Source: a virus
Taxonomy: Duplodnaviria > Caudoviricetes
Length of the DNA stretch: 34,405 nucleotides
Reading direction: 5' to 3' (one strand)
Virus record (IMG/VR): IMGVR_UViG_3300020057_000017
Coordinates: 1-34,405 of that record
How positions within the stretch are numbered: the first letter of the stretch is position 1; each line of letters begins with the position of its first letter. Positions 27,626 to 34,405 of this stretch are shown here, piece after piece. The notes under the pieces are model-generated. The model worked only from the letters and a program-made list of their open reading frames with translations, was not told the DNA's origin and did no database searches. The position numbers and the translations under genes were made by a program.

Positions 27626-27853
27626 ATGAAAATATTAAATATTCAAATCCTTCTCGACTGGCTTGCTTGTCAAGGATCCCAGGCAAAAGAATCACTCTCT
27701 GTTAAGTCTGGTATAGGCTACTACACGCTTGGGAGAATTCTTAAGTCTGAAAGGCAGCCGTCAAAACCTGAACAATTGGCGTTGTTACAGGCCACTGGTT
27801 TAAAAGATAGCGAACTTTTTAGCGATCATGAACTGAAAAAGAAGCCTGCTTAG
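27626..27853 (+). CDS. Cro/XRE-like HTH regulator
   Basis: KESLSVKSGIGYYTLGRILKSERQP...L..ATG...ELF. Confidence 0.8.
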   Translation: MKILNIQILLDWLACQGSQAKESLSVKSGIGYYTLGRILKSERQPSKPEQLALLQATGLKDSELFSDHELKKKPA

Positions 27854-27933
27854 ATAAACGATTTTCTTCTTTAATTAAAACTAAATGGGTATTTTTTACC
27901 CAATCTATTTATGCGCCTTTTTACGGAGACTTT

Positions 27934-28191
27934 ATGCTTGAACTCGACTTCGCGTCTGAAACCGAAAACGGCAAACGTGTTTTTGTTTCGGCAACATTTG
28001 AGCGAATTCATGATTATGAAGACACTCGCTACGGCGAACGCGCAGTCTTCTACTGGCACCTGATTGGCCTCAAGGTTAAACACTCTAAATGCCCTCATTT
28101 GCACCACTGTGACTGTTACCAACCAACTGAAGACGAATTAACCGAACATGAAACCGATGCCAGAAAATTGGCTTCAAAGGAAGTGGCGTAA
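27934..28191 (+). CDS. Hypothetical protein (C/H cluster)
   Basis: GGAG RBS; CPHLHHCDC. Confidence 0.75.
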   Translation: MLELDFASETENGKRVFVSATFERIHDYEDTRYGERAVFYWHLIGLKVKHSKCPHLHHCDCYQPTEDELTEHETDARKLASKEVA

Positions 28192-28476
28192 ATGAAAAGA
28201 ACCATCAACCGTGACATACTAGTTAATTTAATCCATTCCGAAATTGCTCACCACAAAGAAAGAGAGCTTGAATGTAAGCTGCGGGGCGAGAGCCTTGCCG
28301 AAATGTTGCATTACGGGAAATCAAGTGGGCTTAACTCTCTATTAGATCAATTGGCGCTTATAACTAATTACGAATATGAGCACACTCTCGCTACTCTTGA
28401 GAAAGAACAGTGCGAGGAACTGGTAAAGCAAGAAATTAGATCTGATCGACTGCAAGACGAAATGAAAGGGAATTAA
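28192..28476 (+). CDS. Hypothetical protein
   Basis: Abuts neighbours. Confidence 0.75.
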   Translation: MKRTINRDILVNLIHSEIAHHKERELECKLRGESLAEMLHYGKSSGLNSLLDQLALITNYEYEHTLATLEKEQCEELVKQEIRSDRLQDEMKGN

Positions 28477-28477
28477 T

Positions 28478-28666
28478 ATGAGACACAAAAGAGTGATTGC
28501 CCGCCCTGATCCTGACTGTGAAGCCTGTAACAACATGGAAGTGATCGACGTTGCAAGGTGCAACTCTCGAACGATGGAAATCGAACACGATACGGAGCAA
28601 TCTGCCTGCACTGAATGTAGCGAGAGTCTACAAGACGCATATGATTACGCTATGGAGTGTGAGTGA
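28478..28666 (+). CDS. Small zinc-finger protein
   Basis: CEAC...CTEC; AAGGGA RBS. Confidence 0.7.
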   Translation: MRHKRVIARPDPDCEACNNMEVIDVARCNSRTMEIEHDTEQSACTECSESLQDAYDYAMECE

Positions 28667-28712
28667 GAAGCGGAAAGAGAAGAAAAATATTTAAACAATA
28701 GAGAGGATTAAG

Positions 28713-29483
28713 ATGAGCAAGGCAATTATTGTTACCAGTGAACAACCGTTAGAGGTCAAAAAAGAGATGAGTATGCAGGACGCGCTAATTGCTATTGTTC
28801 AGCGCACTGACATTGACCCCGACCGTTTGGAAAAGTTCTTGGATCTTCAGATTAAAATGGAGAATCGACAATCGGAAAGAGCTTTCAATGAGGCTATGGC
28901 AGGTTTTCAGGGAGAATGCCCAATTATTGTAAAGAATAAGAAAACTAGCTTTACTTCACCTAGTGGCAAAACGACCGCCTACGACTATTCACCCCTGGAT
29001 GAAATCGTAGCTGTTATTAAGCCTATCCTTCAAAGATTTGGATTTGCTTTTTCATTCGATGTTGTTGAAGGCCCTTTAAAGTCTAAGCTTGTAACTAAAA
29101 TTAAACATAGAGACGGGCATACTGAAATCTCTACTCTCGAATTCGAATCGATGCACGATGATGCGCGAATGAACTCAAGCCAAAGAAGAAAGTCTGCTCT
29201 GACTTACGTTAAACGGGCCGGGCTTGAAAATGCTCTAGGTCTTGTTACGACTGGTGAGGATGATGACGCGCATAGGGCAATTGATAACGATATATCTCAA
29301 GATCAGCTGAGTGAGATTAGGGAGTTAATCAAGCTCACAAAAACCGATGAAGCAAAGTTTTCCGCTGCTTTTCAAATTGCCAAGCTTGAGGATTTCTCTA
29401 CTTATGAGGCAAAAAACGCAATTCACGCGCTAAAAGAAAAAAGATCTCTCGCTATGAGACCTAAAAAGGAAGCCAATGTTTAA
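28713..29483 (+). CDS. erf: ERF-family ssDNA annealing protein
   Basis: FQGECP.I.K, YDYSPLDEI...KPIL, Q...SALTY.KR, GL....EDDDA. Confidence 0.9.
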   Translation: MSKAIIVTSEQPLEVKKEMSMQDALIAIVQRTDIDPDRLEKFLDLQIKMENRQSERAFNEAMAGFQGECPIIVKNKKTSFTSPSGKTTAYDYSPLDEIVAVIKPILQRFGFAFSFDVVEGPLKSKLVTKIKHRDGHTEISTLEFESMHDDARMNSSQRRKSALTYVKRAGLENALGLVTTGEDDDAHRAIDNDISQDQLSEIRELIKLTKTDEAKFSAAFQIAKLEDFSTYEAKNAIHALKEKRSLAMRPKKEANV

Positions 29484-30117
29484 GATAAGCGAATTCCCTC
29501 AAAGAACTCCCGAGTGGTATTTGGACCGCCTTGGTGTATGGACTGCCTCTTTCTTTGATAGTGCCATCACCACAACCGGCAAGGCCTCGACAAGCTCAGA
29601 TAATGTAAATAACCGACTAGTGGCAGAGATCATTGCCGGTAGGCCTGATGATACATTTCAGTCAGATGCCATGATGCGAGGTGCAGAACTTGAAGACAAA
29701 GCGCTAGGCTTTATCAATTTCTCACATGATTACAATTTCTCCAAGTGCGGATTAATCAAGTCTACTGATTATGATTTCGGGTGCTCGCCCGACGGCATCG
29801 ATCTAGAAAATAGTATCGGCCTAGAGCTTAAGGCCCCTAGTCTTCATACACATATTGAATACATTTCAAGCGGATCATTACCATCTAAGTATAAGGCGCA
29901 GATACAAGGCGCAATGCTTGTCACTGGTTTTAGTAAGTGGGTTTTCATGTCTTACTATCCCGAGCTAAAGCCGCTCGTTATCACGATTGAGCGTGATGAG
30001 GAATACATTAAGGCAATGAAAGAGATCTTAATTAAGAACTGTATCGCGGTTCAAACGAAACTTAAGCTAGTTAGAGAGTTTTTAGAACCAGTAGCAACAA
30101 GGAGTTTTCATGTCTAA
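29476..30117 (+). CDS. YqaJ / lambda-type exonuclease
   Basis: QRTPEW..DRLG..TAS, M.RG.ELE, CSPDG, LELKAP, Y.AQIQG.M. Confidence 0.93.
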   Translation: MFKISEFPQRTPEWYLDRLGVWTASFFDSAITTTGKASTSSDNVNNRLVAEIIAGRPDDTFQSDAMMRGAELEDKALGFINFSHDYNFSKCGLIKSTDYDFGCSPDGIDLENSIGLELKAPSLHTHIEYISSGSLPSKYKAQIQGAMLVTGFSKWVFMSYYPELKPLVITIERDEEYIKAMKEILIKNCIAVQTKLKLVREFLEPVATRSFHV

Positions 30118-30465
30118 AGAAATTGAAGTTATTAGTATTAACGGGGTTGATTATGTCAAAAAAGACACAATCAAATCGTATCCTCAAAAAGACGGTTTAA
30201 AGTACGTTATCGTAAGGACTTATTCGGCCGGTGTTTTTGCAGGGTATATCGAATCACAAAACGGTCAAGAAGTTACTGTTTTGAACGCTCGCAGACTATG
30301 GCAATGGGCCGGTGCTGCATCTTTATCCCAACTAGCAATCGATGGAACATCTGCGCCGAAAAGCTGCAAATTCCCTTGCGAAGTTGATCGGATCAAACTG
30401 CTTCAGGCCATAGAAATTTTAGATGCCACGGCGAAATGCAAAGAATCGATTGACTTGGTGCCTAT

Positions 30466-30478
<13 letters not shown>
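30110..30478 (+). CDS. Conserved phage protein (DUF6948-like, probable Sm-like fold)
   Basis: VIVRTYSAGVFAG...L.NARRLW.W.GAASLSQLA..G. Confidence 0.8.
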
Positions 30479-30657
<179 letters not shown>

Positions 30658-30752
30658 CTTAAAAGCCTTTTAAGTTTTTCTGGATGATATGGCCTCAATA
30701 GTTGACAGCCCCAGATAAACGCAACCGATTTAGAGAAAAGGAAATTACTGAA

Positions 30753-31655
30753 ATGGCTAAAAGATTTACAGATACAGATAAATGGAAAGACGAATGGTTT
30801 ACGGAGCTTGATCCTATTTTGAAAATTTTATGGATATACATAACTGACACTTGTGACCATGCCGGATTCTGGAAGGTCAATTTTAGGCTAGCGAGTTACT
30901 GCTTAAACTCGCCAGTCGACAAACAATCCGCTATCAACGCATTCAGTCAGCGTGTAGATGTTTTATCAGATGATATTTGGTTCATTAAAAAGTTTATCCG
31001 TTTTCAATACGGTGTGCCATTAAATATTAAAAATAACGCGCACAAGGGCGTTTTAAAATCACTTGAAAAACATAGAGTTGAAACCAGTCCTTACATTTAC
31101 TTAGTAGTTACTCATGAGGGGCTAGTTACTAAACCCTATGACTCGCTAGGTGATATGGATAAGGATATGGATATGGATATGGATATGGATAAGGATAAGG
31201 ATTCTTCTTCCCTTTCTTTTCTTAATACTAAGAGCGCGTTAAAAATTGACACAGTGATCCAGTTATTTAACGACATGCTGGCAAATACCAAGACAGGTAA
31301 AATTAGCTTCTGTCGCGATCTAAGCGCAAAACAGCGTGAAGATTTCATAACAACAACATCTTTCAAAGATTTTCAAACGCTAGAAACGTGGCGCGAGATT
31401 TTTGAAAAAGTTAAATCATCTGAATTTTTAATTGGAAACTCTGCTGGCTTTGTCGCAACGCTTAACTGGTTAGTAATTCATGGCAACGCCTTAAAGGTCT
31501 TAAACGGTCAATATTCTGGCACCCCAGACAAACAGAATGGTACCCAGAAAGCATTTAAATTAAAAACCAATGGCACAGTAGGCACCCCCGAAAATCCAAC
31601 CGGAAATCCTTATACAGCGCAACGCCTTGCACGAGAAAATGGAGAGATAGCATGA
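30753..31655 (+). CDS. Replication initiator / replisome organiser
   Basis: MAKRFTDTDKW.D.WF winged-helix-type N-terminus, D(M/K) linker, C-terminal FL.G...F.ATLNWL......KVL.G.Y. Confidence 0.85.
   Translation: MAKRFTDTDKWKDEWFTELDPILKILWIYITDTCDHAGFWKVNFRLASYCLNSPVDKQSAINAFSQRVDVLSDDIWFIKKFIRFQYGVPLNIKNNAHKGVLKSLEKHRVETSPYIYLVVTHEGLVTKPYDSLGDMDKDMDMDMDMDKDKDSSSLSFLNTKSALKIDTVIQLFNDMLANTKTGKISFCRDLSAKQREDFITTTSFKDFQTLETWREIFEKVKSSEFLIGNSAGFVATLNWLVIHGNALKVLNGQYSGTPDKQNGTQKAFKLKTNGTVGTPENPTGNPYTAQRLARENGEIA
31152..31202. repeat. GAT(ATG/AAG) hexamer repeat in initiator linker
   Basis: Encodes DMDKDMDMDMDMDKDKD. Confidence 0.9.
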
Positions 31656-32212
31656 AAGACCTTTTACCGATCAAAGAAGCTGTTTACGAGATGAGTCTTT
31701 TTTTTAACCAGGCGCCAACCGATGAAAGAATTACTGCTTATGCTAAGGCTCTTTCAAACTATACGCCGCAACAAATCATTTATGCTTTTAAAAAAGTTAT
31801 TAATTCCGGCTCAGCTTTCTTTCCTTCAATGGCAGAAATCTTGAATCATCTCAAGCCTCCGACTGAAAAAAAAGAAGACCTGGCACCAATTATTGTCAAA
31901 GAGATAATCCAATTCATTAGGTCGTGGCACCAAGACCTCGAGAGAGAAAATATGTCTAATCTTTCGGAGGATGCTAAGATGGTTTTTCTTGCCATTGGAA
32001 ATACTACAGACCTTAGAAATTCAGAAAATTTCGAAACTATGAATGCCCAAATTGAGCGACTTGTTAAAGGCGTCCTAGCGGCCAAGGTTAATAAAAATAA
32101 AAATGAAGCACTTGAAAGGCTTGGTATTAACACTGGATCAGTTCTAGATCTCAGGAAACAAGATTTTAAAACGATGGATTATTCAGGATATTTACCACAG
32201 GAGCTAGTATGA
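31652..32212 (+). CDS. Putative helicase loader / loader-inhibitor-like protein
   Basis: ATGA-coupled to initiator; FFPSMAEI motif. Confidence 0.65.
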   Translation: MKDLLPIKEAVYEMSLFFNQAPTDERITAYAKALSNYTPQQIIYAFKKVINSGSAFFPSMAEILNHLKPPTEKKEDLAPIIVKEIIQFIRSWHQDLERENMSNLSEDAKMVFLAIGNTTDLRNSENFETMNAQIERLVKGVLAAKVNKNKNEALERLGINTGSVLDLRKQDFKTMDYSGYLPQELV

Positions 32213-32427
32213 TAGATGCCCAACACTTGAAAATAAAACTTCTTGAATCTGAAAACATGACAATGAAAGATGCTTTAGAATTTTATGAAAACTGCAATCG
32301 CTTAATGATTTCTGTGCGGGATATTCCGACAGAGTATTCACCATGGGTGGACAGTATGGATATTATGGATAACGGCGATCGTGCGAGAAGCGCGCTTGTC
32401 CGAATCAATGGATTATCTCATGATTGA
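32209..32427 (+). CDS. Hypothetical protein
   Basis: ATGA-coupled; ALEFY...D.G.RAR.AL motif. Confidence 0.75.
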   Translation: MIDAQHLKIKLLESENMTMKDALEFYENCNRLMISVRDIPTEYSPWVDSMDIMDNGDRARSALVRINGLSHD

Positions 32428-32653
32428 TTTATCCGAATACAAACTAATTTATCACGAGATTAAAACGGGCATTGTCTTTCGTGTAAAACGGCTGTCAGCA
32501 AATGATTTTAAGATTTATAATACTAATACCGGACAAGTTGAGGAAATAACCCTTTCGCCTCTGAGAAAAAGATTTAAAGGTGACGAATCAAATGTAAGAA
32601 AGGGTGTAGGAAATTTTAGAAAAAGTAAGAATATTTTTCATTACCAATTGTAA
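32420..32653 (+). CDS. Hypothetical basic protein
   Basis: ATG 32420 overlaps upstream stop. Confidence 0.7.
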   Translation: MIDLSEYKLIYHEIKTGIVFRVKRLSANDFKIYNTNTGQVEEITLSPLRKRFKGDESNVRKGVGNFRKSKNIFHYQL

Positions 32654-32668
32654 AAAAAATGCCGTTCT

Positions 32669-32691
32669 TTCGTTATTAAATAAATAACGAA
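32669..32691. promoter_or_regulatory. Perfect 9-bp inverted repeat, operator candidate
   Basis: ttcgttatt-5-aataacgaa directly upstream of HTH gene. Confidence 0.55.
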
Positions 32692-32699
32692 GGCGAAAC

Positions 32700-33002
32700 A
32701 TGAGTGAAAACAATTTGTTAATGTTTGATTCTCTACCCAAAACGGATGAGGCAAAAAAAGATAAGGTTAAAGTTAATAACCTTCAAGAGAATTTCATTTT
32801 TTTGCTAAATGAAAGCAAGGAAAGCCTAGCGGAAGTTCAAAGGGAAACAATGATTCCATGGGGAACTTTATACGGTTGGTACATTGGAGAGGTAGCTAGT
32901 CAGATGCTTGATATTAACGTCAAGGAGCTTGCGAATCATTTTAACGTAACAGTGGATGACTTGGCCTTCGCGGATATGAAAAAGGATAATACAAGTGAGT
33001 AA
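32700..33002 (+). CDS. XRE-like HTH regulator
   Basis: SLAEVQRETMIPWGTLYGWY...KELANHFNVTVDDL. Confidence 0.82.
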   Translation: MSENNLLMFDSLPKTDEAKKDKVKVNNLQENFIFLLNESKESLAEVQRETMIPWGTLYGWYIGEVASQMLDINVKELANHFNVTVDDLAFADMKKDNTSE

Positions 33003-33043
33003 AATGTGCGAAATTTCTGACCAAAAAAAAGGATTGCATTAAA

Positions 33044-33235
33044 ATGAACTTAACCCGATATGATTTTCTTACACTTGCCTACCTTTGGTTATTATCCATT
33101 GGCTTCACCGCTTTCTATTCTCATGAATTTGTGATGATGAAAACAGAGCGCGAAATGCGCCAGGTTTATCAACAAAGGATAAACGACAATAACAAGCTTA
33201 TACAATGCAATCACATGATAACGAGGAATAAGTGA
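33044..33235 (+). CDS. Small membrane protein
   Basis: One TM segment FLTLAYLWLLSIGFTAFY; GTGA coupling. Confidence 0.7.
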   Translation: MNLTRYDFLTLAYLWLLSIGFTAFYSHEFVMMKTEREMRQVYQQRINDNNKLIQCNHMITRNK

Positions 33236-33498
33236 GTAATTTTTGGAAGATAGTTTGTCTCCAGTGTGGGACTAATACCGACCTCCTGACTGATAAACAT
33301 ACGAGAATTATCTGCCGAGAGTGTTTAAATAAAAACGAATTTCCAGAAGTGGAAAGCGTATTGAGGGATTTTGATAATGAAGTGCCAGAAAGTAAAATGA
33401 AATGTATGGGAATTGATAACGGAGAGCGGAAAATCATTCATGGGAGTATCGAAGAGAGATTGCATGAATCAATTAATGAAATGGACGCAGGGGAATAA
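33232..33498 (+). CDS. Zinc-ribbon protein
   Basis: CLQC...CREC; GAGGA RBS. Confidence 0.75.
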   Translation: MSNFWKIVCLQCGTNTDLLTDKHTRIICRECLNKNEFPEVESVLRDFDNEVPESKMKCMGIDNGERKIIHGSIEERLHESINEMDAGE

Positions 33499-33948
33499 AT
33501 GAAAATAACAACACAAATCATTAAAAAACTTAAGCCTTGCAAACACCGATTGGATAACTTTCTAGAATATTATTCAGACTTTAATGGGGATCATGAAGAG
33601 TTTTTATCGATGGATAAGATAAATCACATAGATAAATTATGGGTATTATTGCGAATCATGAAAAGAGTTGACGTTGAGGTGTTCGCAATAGATTGCGCCG
33701 TGTCTGCTTATGGCTCTTATGCTTATGATGCTACATCTGCTTGTGCTGCCTCTGTTTCTGATGCTCCTGCTTATGCTATTTATGCTATTTATGCTCCTAT
33801 TGCTACCTCTGCTTATGCTTCTGCCGCTGCTGCTGCTACTTATGCTATTTATGCTTCGACTACCGCTGCTGCTGCTTCTTATGCTGCTAATGAGGAAGAA
33901 AGGCAGGTAGAGGCCTTGATTTATTTAATTAACAAGGGTGAGAAATAA
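33499..33948 (+). CDS. Hypothetical protein with Ala/Tyr-rich repeat
   Basis: KL.PC...D.F N-terminus, FAIDCA, AYA repeats, ERQVEAL end. Confidence 0.8.
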   Translation: MKITTQIIKKLKPCKHRLDNFLEYYSDFNGDHEEFLSMDKINHIDKLWVLLRIMKRVDVEVFAIDCAVSAYGSYAYDATSACAASVSDAPAYAIYAIYAPIATSAYASAAAAATYAIYASTTAAAASYAANEEERQVEALIYLINKGEK

Positions 33949-34405
33949 ATGAAAGTTATTATTTTACTAACAATGTCTTTACAGGCCTTCGCGTCTGTTG
34001 AGTTTATCCCTGTTAGTTATTACTCGACAAAAACCGAACGTGTTAAAATTCTTAAAGCTTCAAAAAAGATTAACGAGGTTATTTCTTCTCAGTGTTTCGC
34101 CAATGAAATCTTAAACAGAAGCATGATTGATACAAATAACAAATCCTCAGAAGAGGTTTTAAAACATCTTCAGTCACTAAATGGGATTATCCCTGTCAAG
34201 ATGTACTCTAGATGCATGAGGCTTGGTTTTCGATGCCCTGCTCCTACTTCCGCAGTTGCATTTCGGCAACCTCCTCAGACGATTATCAATTTAAACAGGT
34301 TCGCTTTCTATAATACAATTAGTGATTGTGATTGGGCCTCAACAATGGCACACGAAGGGCTCGGACATTCCCTGGGAGGTTACGGCCACGACTTTAACTG
34401 GAGCA
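33949..34405 (+). CDS. Secreted zinc metalloprotease-like protein (172 aa, continues through origin to 189)
   Basis: Signal peptide MKVIILLTMSLQAFA-S; HEGLGHSLGGYGH; six Cys. Confidence 0.85.
   Translation, partial: MKVIILLTMSLQAFASVEFIPVSYYSTKTERVKILKASKKINEVISSQCFANEILNRSMIDTNNKSSEEVLKHLQSLNGIIPVKMYSRCMRLGFRCPAPTSAVAFRQPPQTIINLNRFAFYNTISDCDWASTMAHEGLGHSLGGYGHDFNWS
34279..34405. repeat. Terminal direct repeat, copy 2
   Basis: Identical to 1-127. Confidence 0.97.

Noticed and set aside
28664-28666. Selenocysteine or genome-wide TGA recoding
   Set aside because: Downstream sequence is A-rich with no SECIS-like stem; TGA is a normal stop in many ATGA/GTGA overlaps
31101-31150. Replication origin iterons (tagttact x2)
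   Set aside because: Plausible location within the initiator gene, but two 8-mers are too little support
33710-33910. Leu/Met-rich membrane ORF
   Set aside because: Shifted frame of the Ala repeat in 33499-33948

Overview
The window is a complete, circularly assembled tailed-phage genome of 34,278 bp; bases 1-127 repeat exactly at 34279-34405. The layout is podovirus-like, with two arms that diverge at about 27411-27625 and converge at about 1975. The minus arm runs: pentapeptide-repeat gene, RHH protein, VRR-NUC nuclease, ParB-like protein plus C5 methyltransferase, terS, terL, portal, scaffold, capsid, adaptor, nozzle, fibres, three ejection proteins, lysis genes, metallophosphoesterase. 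The plus arm runs: Cro-like HTH, ERF, YqaJ exonuclease, replication initiator and loader, second HTH, secreted metalloprotease across the origin, NUMOD4-HNH. I saw no integrase, DNA polymerase, helicase, tRNA, CRISPR array or reverse transcriptase. The main unexplained signals are: (1) an ESYF[D/E] motif shared by the TerL C-terminus, an unannotated 50-aa ORF right after terL and the scaffold N-terminus; (2) an antisense, apparently leaderless gene splitting terL from portal; (3) an endolysin that appears to start at ATT; (4) an origin-spanning exported protease with a stretched zinc motif; (5) a head-plus-tail deletion scar of a plus-arm gene sitting in the minus arm. All product calls come from motifs recognised by eye and from synteny; no searches were run.
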